From the NCBI RefSeq assembly GCF_020745735.1, contig NC_083428.1:44708217-44772216 (forward strand): a stretch of 64,000 nt of DNA. Direction: 5' to 3'. Source of the stretch: Hemiscyllium ocellatum. Taxonomy: Eukaryota. A program made the position numbers and the translations under genes. Below are positions 1 to 10,359 of the stretch, piece after piece (positions within the stretch are counted from its first letter, which is position 1; each line of letters opens with the position of its first letter). The notes under the pieces were generated by a model. It did no database searches. It worked only from the letters and a program-made list of their open reading frames with translations, and was not told where the DNA came from.

Positions 1-1299
1 TTGTTAGCATGGGGTTGCTTGGGAATGTATCTACCACATTATAGAAGAGATGTCTGTATTGTATAAAGATTGAAATTAGGATGTCGCAAAGGCAGAATAG
101 CATTAATGGGGGATTTTCATCTTAACACAGACTGGGGAAGACAGGCAAGCACCTGCCAGAAAGGATGTGAATTTCTAGAGTGTATCCAGAATAGTTTCCT
201 ACTGCAATGTCTTGGATGCGACAAGGGACAAGCAATATTGGATCTAGTAATGAGCAATTAAATTAGTGATCTAGTTGTGTGTGAGAATTCATCAAATAGT
301 GATTATAATGTGATCGAGTTTCACATTGAGTTTGAAGGAGACAAGCAAAGATCGGTTATTAGAATTTTGGATTTAAGTAAAGCAGACTTTAATGGATGAG
401 GCAGAGACTGACCAAAGTAAACTGGGAAACTCTGCTAACAAATAAAACAAATGAAGAAAGAAAAGATATTCAAAGAAACATTTGATGCTTTTCAAAAACA
501 GTTTATACCCACGAGAAGGAAAAGATTCACCTCACAAAAAAACAACCATGGACATCTAAGGAGGTAAGGGACAGCATAAAATTCAAGAAATGGCTTGTAA
601 AAACACAAAGATCAGTATAGATCCACAGAATAGGATAAATACTAAAACCAACAAAGCAGCTGATAGGGGAGGATAAAAAGGATAGAAAGGAAACTTGGAA
701 GGGATGTAAAAGACAAGAAGTAAAGATTGCACAGTTATACAAAGGGAAAGCAACTGGTTAAGAGTACTATTGGGCCACTGAAGGCTGAGAATGGGGACAT
801 TGTTGATGACTGTGGAGAATGGCAGACATATTGAATAATTATTTTGTTTCAATATTCACAACAGAAAAGGAGGATAACTCACTGGAAGTCACAAAGAAAT
901 TAACAGAAGACCATTAGTTTAAGTAAATCATCAATACTGGGGAAATTAATGAAACTGGAGTGACAAATATCCAGGACCTGTTTCCATCCACAGCTATTAA
1001 AGGAGGTAGGAGAGTACATTGCCGATGCCCTTACTACAATCTAACAGAATTCCCTGGATTCAGGAGTTGTATCTGTGGATTTGAAAGTTGCTCGTGTCAA
1101 TCCGCTCTTTCAGAAACATGTAGAGGGAAACCGGGGAATTACAGACCAGTTAGCCTGAGATCTGTGGTGGGGAAATTGTTGGATTCAACAATCAAGGATA
1201 GGTAACTGATCACCTTGAAAAATTACAGTTAATGAGGGAGAATCAGCATCGATTCATTAAGGCTTGGTCATAACTGACAAATCTCATTGTTTTCTGAAG

Positions 1300-1665
1300 A
1301 AGTGGTTGGCTGCTCGTGTTGGTGGTTGGACCTAAAGCCTAGCGAGCGGTGGCGAAGCCTGGTGTGCACGGGTGGGTCTTAGCCCAGCATGGGCGAAAGC
1401 ATGTCCAGTGCAGAGAGAGCGAGCCCTCTTGGGGAAAGCCCAGTTTGAAGCATCTACAGGTCCATGGCTCATGCTAAGAAGACTGTGGTGCTGAACTTTT
1501 AACCTTGTTTCTTTATTTTTATATTTCAGTAACTAAGATTTTGTGCCGAGGTACTTTATATCTAAGATGGCGCCGTATGTGGCGACATTGTACATTTTTC
1601 ACTCTACTTTTGTACCCTGTACTTGAGTATACATGACAATTAAACCTAAATTTAAAATCTAATTC
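1300..1665 (+). mobile_element. Short insertion within the CR1, with a LINE-like 3' tail (Rex1/Babar-like tail; possibly a SINE)
   Basis: Interrupts the CR1 RT region. Ends TTTTCACTCTAC...TACATGACAATTAAACCTAAATTTAAA, which resembles the tail of the element at 56775-57003. Confidence 0.5.
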
Positions 1666-2692
1666 TAGAAATCTAAAAGCGGTGGACAAAGCTAAGTTAA
1701 TGGGTATTGTTTATATGGACTTCCAGAAGGCCTTTATGAAGTCCCAAACAAGAGACTGTTTGTTAAGGTGGATAAGGGCAAATAAGTGACGAGTGAGAAA
1801 TTGGTGGAATGGGAGGAAACAGAGAACTGGTATAATAGGTAATTTGGTAGCACATGATGAATGGTGTCCCACAGGGATCTGTGTTGGGGCCTCAGTTACA
1901 CAAAATATTCATTAGTAACTTGGACAATGGCACAAAAAGTCAAATATCCAAGTTTGCAGATCATACAAAATTGGGCAGCATTGATGACAGCAAAAAATTA
2001 CAACAAAATATTGATAGATTGGATGAATGGGAAAAAACTGTAGTAGATGGATTTAATATAAGCAAGGGTGAGGTTTTCCATTTTGGACTGAAAAAGGATA
2101 GATCAGGGCATAAGGTTAAACAAGGTGGATGTTGAATGAGATTAGGAGGTTCAGGTGCATAGTTCTTTCAAATTCCACAGAGAGAGTAGTCAAAAAGTCT
2201 CATGGAATGCTGGTCTTCATATCTAAAGGGTTGGATGCATATGTTATCCTGGGGTTATACAAAACCCTTGTTAGAATCTCCATAGAGTTCTGTGCACAGA
2301 TTTGGGCACCATATCTTAGAAAGGAGGTTTTGGCTGTGGAGGGGGTTCAACACAGTTTTACAAGCATGATCTGGACTTCAAGGGTTAGGATGTGAGGAGA
2401 GATTAGAGAAATTAGGCTTTTATTCTTTAGAAATTAGGATGTTAAGAGGTGATCTGATTGAGGTCTTCAGTATATTAACTGGGAAAATAAACTGTTACCA
2501 CTGATTGAACATTACAGAACCAGGAATGTAGTCTCAGAATTAGGGCCAGGCCAATTACATGCAGAGAATAATGGAGGTTTGGAACTCTCTTCCTCCAACA
2601 GCATTTTATGTTAATTCAATTGTTAATTTTAAATCTGAGATTGACAATTTTTTATTAATCGAGGGCATCAAGGAATATGGGCCGAAGACAGG

Positions 2693-2822
2693 CTTCCTGA
2701 TGAAGGGCTTATGCCCGAAACATCGATTCTTCTGCTTCTCGGATGCTGCCTGACCTGCTGTGCTTTTCCAGCACCACATTCTTGACTCTGATCTCTAGCA
2801 TCTGCAGTCCACACTTTCTCCA
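2693..2822 (+). mobile_element. Penelope-like pseudo-LTR fragment with a hammerhead motif (helix III mutated)
   Basis: CTGATGA-AGGGCTTATGCCC-GAAA-CATC, then the same ~100-bp sequence that flanks the PLE ORF at 19736. Confidence 0.85.
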
Positions 2823-3142
2823 TATAGAATTAGGCAACAGATCAGCCACGATCTTATTGAATGGTGGAGCAGTTTGCCTCAAGGGGCCAAATTGCCTACT
2901 CCTGTTCTTAGGATTTGTAGAACTTACCTCCACTGTGAGAAACATGGGCATATAAAAACATATAGATATCGATGGTGTTACCAGCACAAATCAATAGGTG
3001 TCTCTGTGGTTAAGACATTGGCTGCGGCCATTTAAGTTGTATGATTATGGTCTAAAGTAACTCCAACAGGCTCAGTATTTGTGCACAAAAAGGGATAATA
3101 ACCTTCAGCTTTATCAAGAAACTAGAAAAAGTCTTGAGGCTA

Positions 3143-3515
3143 CTGAATCAAACAAAAACAGAAATTGCTGGAGAAACTCAGCAGGTCTGACAGTATCTGT
3201 GGAGAGAAAACAAGAGTTAATGTTTCAAGTGATGATCTTCCTTCAGAACTGAAAGTATCGAGGAAAGGGTGGTAGTTATGCTGATGATACTGTGTGTAAG
3301 AAGGAGTGAGCGGTTAAGTGAAGACAGAGCCCAAAGAGAGAATAAAAAGGATTGCACATAGTAAGCTGGGAAGAAGAGAATGAGTGATAATGGGGACTGT
3401 GAGTAGTTGAAAATGAGTTGGCTGCGCTGAAAGCAACCTATTTGAAAACAGAACCTGGGGTTTTTGAGGTGAGTGATAGACATGGAAGAAGATGTTCATG
3501 CTCTGAAATTGTTAC
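3143..3515 (-). mobile_element. Older Penelope-like 3' fragment (different family)
   Basis: Minus strand reads CTGAAGGAAG...GAAACATTAACTC...AGACCTGCTGAGTTTCTCCAGCAATTTCTG, the same organisation as the younger pLTRs. Confidence 0.6.
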
Positions 3516-3939
3516 CTAAAGTGGAAGTTACCGAAGGGAAAGATGACGTGCATTCTGTCTTGCTGAAGCAAGTGAAGGGTCTATGGCAGGGAAGGGTGTA
3601 GAAACAGTGGTAACAGTCAGTGTGGGGGAAGGTATGTGGCAAGATCAGTGTGGTGGGGGGGTCAGTAAGGGGATAGTGTGGGGACTGAGAGTAATGAGGG
3701 AGAGGGAGTGGACGGTGCACATTGAAGGTCAGTACGGTTGAGTGTCAAGTGTGAAGTGAGGGTCAGTATGGCTAAGGATGGAGGGGACAGTGAGGGATGA
3801 AGGGTTGAGGGTCAGTAAGGTTGAGAAGATGGAGAAGAGTGTGTGAGGGTCAGTGTGGGGAGGTTGAGGGTCAGTGAGTGGGCGAGTGTTGGTGAAAGGG
3901 AGTGCCTAGGGGAAGGGAAAGTGAAAGGGATGTTGTGGG

Positions 3940-6790
3940 GTGAGTGTGGTGGGGAGGGGGTTGAGGGTGTGGCAGTTGGGGTTGGGGATTGGAGAATGTG
4001 GGGTTTGGGGAGTTTGGCGGTTGGTGTGGGGGACTGGGGAGGTGTGGGGTTGGGGTTTGGCGGTTGGGGTGGGTTTGGCGGTTGGGGTGGGGGGTGGAGT
4101 TTGGAAGTTGGGGTGGGGTGTGGGGAGTTTGGCAGTTGGGGTGGGTTTGGTGGTTGGGGTGGGTTTGGCGATTGGGTTGGGAATTGGGGAGGGGAGGGGT
4201 TGGGGGTGTAGCGGTTGAGGAGTTTGGTGGTTGGGGTTGGGGAGGTATGGGGTTTGGCGGTTGGGGATTGGGGAAGTGTGGGGATGGGGGCGTGGCGGTT
4301 GGGGTGGGGGTGGAGTTTGGCGGTAGGGGTGGGTTTGGCGATTGGGAGTTTGGCGGTTGGGGTTAGGGAGGTGTGGAGTTGGGGGTGTGGTGGTTGGCGA
4401 GTTTGGTGGTTGGGGTTGAGGAGGTGTGGGGTTTGGCGGTTGGGTTGGGGATTGGGGAGGTGTGGGGTTTGGGGGTTTGGCGGTTGGGGAGGTGTGGGGA
4501 TGAGAGTGTGGCAGTTGGGGTAGGGATGGGTTTGGCGATAGGGAGTTTGGCGGTTGGGGTTGGGGAGGTGTGGGGTTGGGAGGGTTTGGTATTTGGGGGG
4601 TTTGGTGTTTGGGGTTGAGGATTGGGGAGGTGTGGGGATGGGGGTGTGGCAGTTGGGGTAGGGGTGGAGTTTGGGTAGATTGGCGGTTGGGGTGGGTTTG
4701 GTGGTTGGGGATTGCAGAGGTGTGGGGATGGGGTTTGGTGGTTGGGGTTGGGGATTGGGGAGGTGTGGGGATAGGGGTGTGGTGGTTGGGGTGGGGGTGG
4801 AGTTTGGGTAGATTGGCGGTTGGGGTGGGTTTGGCGATTGGGGGTTTGGCGGTTGGGGATTGCAGAGGTGTGGGGATTGGGTTTGGCAGTTGGGGTTGGG
4901 GATTGGGGAGGTGTGGGGATAGGGGTGTGGTGGTTGGGGTGGGGGGTGGAGTTTGGCGGTTGGAGTGGGATTGGCGATTGGGGGTTTGGCGGTTGGGGAT
5001 TGCAGAAGTGTGAGGATGGGTGTGTGGCGGTTGGGGAGTTTGGCAGTTGGGGTTAGGGATTGGGGAGGTGTGGGTTTGGGGGTGGTTTGGGTGGGGGTGG
5101 AGATGGGGGTGGTGTGGGGATGGGAATTGGCATGTGTGGGGATGGGGGTGTGGCGGTTGGGGATTGGGGAGGTGTGGGGTTGGGGGTTTTGGTGGTTGGG
5201 GTTGGGGATTGGGGCAGTGTGGGGTTGGAGGGGTTTGGTAGTTGGGGGTTTGGTGGTTGGGGTTGGGGATTGGGGTGGTGTGGGGATGGGGGTGTGGCGG
5301 TTGGGGTGGAGGTGGAGTTTGGGTAGTTTGGCAATTGGGGTGGGTTTGGCGATTGGGGGTTTGGCGGTTGGGGATTGGGGAGGTGTGGGGATGGGGTTTG
5401 GCGGTTGGGTTTGGGAATTGGGGAGGTGTAGGGATGGGGGTGTGGTGGTTGGGGTGGGGGGTGGAGTTTGGGTAGTTTGGCGATTGGGGTAGGATTGGCA
5501 ATTGGGGGTTTGGCGGTTGGGGATTGGGGAGGTGTGGGGAAGGGCGTGTGGCGGTTGGGGTTGGGGATTAGGGAGGTGTGGGGTTTGGGAGGTTTGGCGG
5601 TTGGGGTTGGGGATTGGGGTGTTTGGCGGTTGGGGTTGGGGATTGTGGAGGTGTGGGGTTGGGGGCGGTTTGGCGGTTGGGGTGGGGGATTGGGGAGGTG
5701 TGGAGATGGGGGTGTGACGGTTGGTGTTGGGGAGGTGTGGGTGGGGTGGTTTGGCAGTTGGGGGTGGGGATTGGGGAGGTGTGAGGTTTGCAGGGTTTGG
5801 TGGTTGGGGTTGGGGATATGTGGGGATGTGAAGTTTGGTGGTTGGGGTTGGGGATGGGGGGTGTAGGGAACGGGGTGTGGCTGTTGGGGTTAAGGTTGGG
5901 GATTGGGGAGATGTGGGGATGGGGCGGTTTGGCGGTTGGGGATTGGGGAGGTGTGGGGATGGGGAGGTGTGGGGATGGGGCGGTTATGGATTGGGGAGGT
6001 GTGGGGATGGGGAGTTTGGCTGTTGGGGTTGGGGATTGGGGAGGTGTGGGGATGGGGCGGTTTGGCGGTTGGGGATTGGGGAGGTGTGGGGATGGGGAGG
6101 TGTGGGGATGGGGCGGTTATGGATTGGGGAGGTGTGGGGATGGGGCGGTTTGGAGTTGGGGAGGTGTGGGGGTGTAGCGGTTGGGGATTGGGGAGGTGTG
6201 GGGATGGGGCGGTTTGGCGGTTGGGGATTGGGGAGGTGTGGGGATGGGGAGTTTGGCTGTTGGGGTTGGGGATTGGGGAGGTGTGGGGATGGGGCGGTTT
6301 GGCGGTTGGGGATTGGGGAGGTGTGGGGATGGGGCGGTTTGGCGGTTGGGGATTGGGGAGGTGTGGGGATGGGGAGGTGTGGGGATGGGGCGGTTATGGA
6401 TTGGGGAGGTGTGGGGATGGGGCGGTTTGGAGTTGGGGAGGTGTGGGGAGGGTTGGGGGGAGGTGTGGGGGTGTAGCGGTTGGGGATTGGGGAGGTGTGG
6501 GGACGGGGGTAGGGGGGTTTGGCGGTTGGGGAGGTGTGGGGATGGCGGTGGGGGGGTTGGCGGTTGGGGAGGTGTGGGGATGGGGTGGTGTGCCGGTTGG
6601 GGTTTGGGCAGGTGTGGGGTGGGGGGGGGGGTTGGGGATTGGTAAGGTGTGGGGATAGGAGTTTGGGGAGGTGTGGGGATGAGGGGTGTGGCTGTTGGGG
6701 TGGGGAGGTTTGGGGATGGGGTGTGTGGTGATGAGGGGTGTGGCTGTTGGGATGGGGGTGGAGTTTGGGGAGTTTGGCGGTTGGGGGGAG
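3940..6790. repeat. G/T-rich degenerate tandem (minisatellite-like) repeat with hundreds of G-runs
   Basis: Recurrent modules GGGGATTGGGGAGGTGTGGGG, TTTGGCGGTTGGGG and GGGGTGGGG, with extreme strand asymmetry. Confidence 0.95.
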
Positions 6791-6794
6791 TTGC

Positions 6795-6891
6795 CTGTTT
6801 CCCGCCTTGTCGCTGGTTAAAGCCCGCTTGACCGCCCCGCCCCCTGCGTGTTGACGTCAGTGCGCAGTCGGTGCAGAGGACACGAGGGGAC
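6795..6891 (+). promoter_or_regulatory. CpG-rich proximal promoter with E2F-like site, tandem GC boxes and a perfect CRE
   Basis: TTTCCCGC at 6798-6805, CCGCCCCGCCCC at 6832-6843 and TGACGTCA at 6852-6859. The CpG-rich patch (~6790-7090) stands out from a CpG-poor background and directly precedes the ATG. Confidence 0.7.
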
Positions 6892-7000
6892 ATGTCCAAG
6901 CCGTGCAGCCCGAACCCGGCCTCGGGGTTCGCCATCGCCTTTACCGTCACCATCAGCTTCCAGCTCGGACTCACCACTGCTTTCCCCCAGCCCCGACATG
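6892..7000 (+). CDS. LDLR-family (VLDLR-like) gene, exon 1: signal peptide
   Basis: ATG at 6892 in a CpG-rich patch encodes MSKPCSPNPASGFAIAFTVTISFQLGLTTAFPQPRH, with a hydrophobic core. Strong donor G|GTGAGT at 7001, phase 1, which matches the acceptor phase of the next exon. Confidence 0.75.
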
Positions 7001-7140
7001 GTGAGTTCTCCAACACCCTCCGTGCACTGCCCGTCCACTCCTTCTATTGGCTATCTTTAGGTCCGTAACCATGGAGACGGCTTCCTGACTGACTGCAGCT
7101 CATGTCAATCACAGCCCCATGTGGACTGCACCATGGGCGG

Positions 7141-7238
7141 GGGGGCAGGGGGTGGGGTAGTTACTGGCTCAGAGGGGAGGGAGGGCAGGGGGTGGGGTAG
7201 TTACTGGCTCAGAGGGGAGGGAGGGCAGTTACTGGCTC
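7141..7238. repeat. 40-bp tandem repeat, about 2.4 copies, in intron 1
   Basis: GGGCAGGGGGTGGGGTAGTTACTGGCTCAGAGGGGAGGGA repeated twice, plus a partial copy. Confidence 0.85.
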
Positions 7239-8009
7239 TGTGCCAAGACCCTCATGCTAGGGGACTAGCCCTGGCTCTTTGCCAGTCTACAGAGACCCAC
7301 CACTGGGAGTGTAGCTCTGGCTCTGTGCAAGGACACTCCACTGATGGACCAGCCCTGGTTTGCACAGAGGCTGTCACTGATTTTTGGGAGGGTGAATGGG
7401 AGTTGAGGGGTAGTGGGAATGTTTGGGGCTAGGAGCTGCATGGAGGGGTGAAGGGTAAGGGTGGATGTTGAAATTGGTAGGTGTAGGTGTCTGGGGAATT
7501 GTGGAAATGGAGTGTAGGTGTGTGTGATGTACGAAAGACCATAGAGGCAGGGTTGGGGGTATAGGATGGGGATGTAGGTGAAAGGAAGGGACAGTAGGAT
7601 TGGATGGTTAGGAAAGTTGAGGGTGAGGTGTCGGGGAGAGGTTGGATTTAGGGGCAGAGAATGGAGAGGGGAATGGTGTCTGCTGCAGGGTTGAAGTAAG
7701 AAAAAGCTGTGCAGCAGGAAGGATTATATTAGTCAGTGGAGGAGAGCTGCAAGGGTGAAGGTGGCAGGATGCAGGAGTGGGATTGTTATTGATAAGGCCA
7801 TCAATGACCGATTTTTGAAGTTGAACAAATGGGTATAGCTGTGGGACAAAAGTAAAAGAATTTGTCTTTCTGGTGGTAGAGGAGCATGTGAAGGATAATC
7901 AGTTTAAATGAGGATTAATGAAAGAGGTGGTTTGTGTTGGGGATATAGTAATATGTTGGGAATATTGAACATGGACTAAGGGGAAGGAAAAATAGTTTCA
8001 TGAATGAAG

Positions 8010-8990
8010 CTTTATGGCAGAGCCGTAGAACAGTTACAGCACTGAAAGAGGCCATTCAGTCTGTAAGGTCTGCACCAGCTGAATAAACTGAATAGCTATT
8101 CTAATCCTAACTGGTCTGTAGCCTCATAGATTATAGCAGTTTTGGTGCCAATCCAGGTTCCTTTTAAATTAGTTGAGCGTTGCCATCTCAACCACCCTGG
8201 GCAGTGAATTCCAGACACATCACTCTCTTTGTAAAAATGTTTTTTTTTCTCATGTTCCTTCAAATCATTTTATTACATCTAACCACCTGCTAATTGATCT
8301 TGCTGTGAGGGGAATCAGGTCCTCCCCATGCACTTGAGTCATACAGCCCCATTGAGTCTGCACTGACCCATCTACACTGATCCCACTTCCCAGCACATGG
8401 CCCCCATACCCTTGAATGTTATGACATTTGAAGTTTTCATCCATTGACTTCTTAAACATTGAGGTTTCTTACCTCTGATAACCTCCCAGGCAATGCATTT
8501 CAGGTTCCCACTACCCTCTGAAAAAGATTCTACCACCCTCTGAACCTCCTGCCCTTCGCTTTAAAATTATGCCTCCTTGTTATTTGATCTCGGCTGCTCA
8601 TTATTTGGCACACCTCAATGAAGTTAAACTCCGCCTCCTCTGTTTGTAGAAAAAAACCTCAGTCTATCCAATCTGTCTTCATACCCGCAACTTTCTTGCC
8701 CTGGTAACATTCTTCTAAATCTCCTCTGTACATTTTTGTGGAACAATTATATCCTTCCTGTGATGGGATCAGAATTGTGTGACTTAACCATGTTATCTAG
8801 CTCACCTGCCACCTTCAGGGACCTGTAAACATGTACACTGTTCTGCTGTCGATACCCTTCTGTTTATTACGTATTTCATTTGTCACTTTTCAGTCCACCT
8901 CTGACCCATTGATATCATTTGTGGTTGACAGCCTTCCTCTCTGTCAACTACTAAGCCAATTTCTTTGTGTTTTCTGAAAGTTTCCCGATC
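8010..8990 (-). mobile_element. Degenerate CR1 3' fragments
   Basis: Antisense CR1 3'-UTR and C-terminal sequence, similar to other copies in the window. Confidence 0.65.
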
Positions 8991-9273
8991 GTGCATCTTG
9001 CATTTGGGTTGAGGAAGCAAGGAATAGGCAGTTGATGGGAGAAGAAGATATTGTGTATATGTGGCACACTGTGGGACAAAAGGATGGTGAGAAAGATTAC
9101 AGATGAGGAATGGATGGGGAGGAAGTAATAGAGAGGGATTAGAAGAGGAGAGTAAAATGAGTGACATGCTGCATAGCCTGGAAGTTGATTTGAAATGAAG
9201 TTAGGAAGGCAGTCAATGTGGTTATATTGCTGGGTAGTTTATGAATTTGATTATTCACTATGATTGTTTGCAG

Positions 9274-9648
9274 GTGATGTACAATGTGGTGAGAATGAAT
9301 TCCTCTGTCTGAATGGACGCTGCGTTTCTGCACTGACACTGTGCAGTGGAAGGGATGACTGCAATGATCAGAGCGATGAGCGAAACTGTTCTGTATCAGG
9401 GTGTGGACCTCATGGGTTTCTTTGCAGCAACTCTACTGTCTGTATCTCTAAAAACCAGCTCTGTGACGGTCACCAGGACTGTGCATCAGGCGTTGATGAA
9501 TCTGATGACCTTTGTGAAAAGAGAGCACTGCAACCTGAAGGTTGTGGGGAGTTGGAGTTCCTGTGTCGTTCAGGCCAGTGCATAGAGCTTCAGTCAGCTT
9601 GTGACAACTTTCCTGACTGCAGTGATGGTAGTGATGAAGTCAATTGTG
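9274..9648 (+). CDS. LDLR-family gene, exon 2: three LDL-receptor class A modules with a linker between modules 2 and 3
   Basis: Acceptor ttgcag|, donor G|GTAAGT, 375 nt, phase 1-1. Three 6-Cys modules end in DCNDQSDE, DCASGVDE and DCSDGSDE. Same layout as LDLR exon 4 / VLDLR exon 5. Confidence 0.95.
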
Positions 9649-9769
9649 GTAAGTGTGGAATTGTGAGATGGACTTTATAAATTTTTAAATGTAGAATTTG
9701 CAATCAAACATTTGACCTAGCTGTTCTCTTTTAATGTTTATTTTCTACATGAGCCTTATTCCATCCTAT

Positions 9770-10260
9770 GTAAGATCATAAGGCAGGAGTAGATCATTTG
9801 GTCTCTTGAGCTTGCTCCAGTCTTCAGTAAGAACATGTTGGTTTGATTGTAGCCTTAATTCCACTTTTCCTGTCCACTACAACCCTTGACTCCTTTTGTT
9901 TATATATCCAGTTCAGCCTTCGATATATTCCATGTCTCATCTTCCACAGCTCTCTGGGGAAGAAAATTCAAAAAACCCAAGTCCCTCAGAAGAAATTCCT
10001 TCTTATCTTTGTCTTAAATATGAAACCCTCTTGTTCTCGATTTCTCTACAAGGGGAACCATTCTCTCACCACCTCTCAAGCTTCTGCGGTGTCTTGGATG
10101 TTTCAGTGAGGTTGTTTCTCATTCTTCTAAACTCTAGTGGGTTAGTTGTTAGAGGCATTTCTATGTTTCTGTCAATTATGCCATCATCCTCTTGAGAAGG
10201 GCCAGTGTTCACTGTAATTTTTCTTTCAGTACCTCTGTGCATGTCCACTGCAGTTCTTTT
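9770..10260 (-). mobile_element. Degenerate CR1 3' fragment
   Basis: Minus strand LEFRRMRNNLTET matches the CR1 C-terminal LEFRRLRGDLIE motif. Confidence 0.65.
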
Positions 10261-10359
10261 ACTAAATTATTCCTTTATTTAAATTTTCAAATAAATTTTA
10301 TCAATCACTTCTTGACTTTTAAAAATGTATGCATCTGTTCTTCGGTAACCAGGGAGATG

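Larger units (their letters stand above)
70..2915 (+). mobile_element. Degenerate CR1 LINE (ORF2 endonuclease to RT to 3' end), interrupted by two insertions
   Basis: Fragments include MGDFHLNTDW, ILDLVMSN, NYRPVSL, GVPQGSVLGP, FADHTKLG and LYKTLVR, with many stops and frameshifts. Confidence 0.9.

Noticed and set aside
6723-6732. SRE-1-like ATCACCACAC on the minus strand
   Set aside because: It has one mismatch and lies inside a G/T-rich repeat where such matches are expected by chance.
3940-6790. Interstitial telomere
   Set aside because: Runs are TTGGGG-like and irregular. Vertebrate TTAGGG occurs only sporadically and never as an array.
3843-7016. Many long overlapping ORFs (Gly/Trp/Val-rich on +, Pro/His/Thr-rich on -, up to 531 aa)
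   Set aside because: They are a by-product of the G/T-rich repeat, which has few stop codons in most frames. There is no domain signal or splice support.
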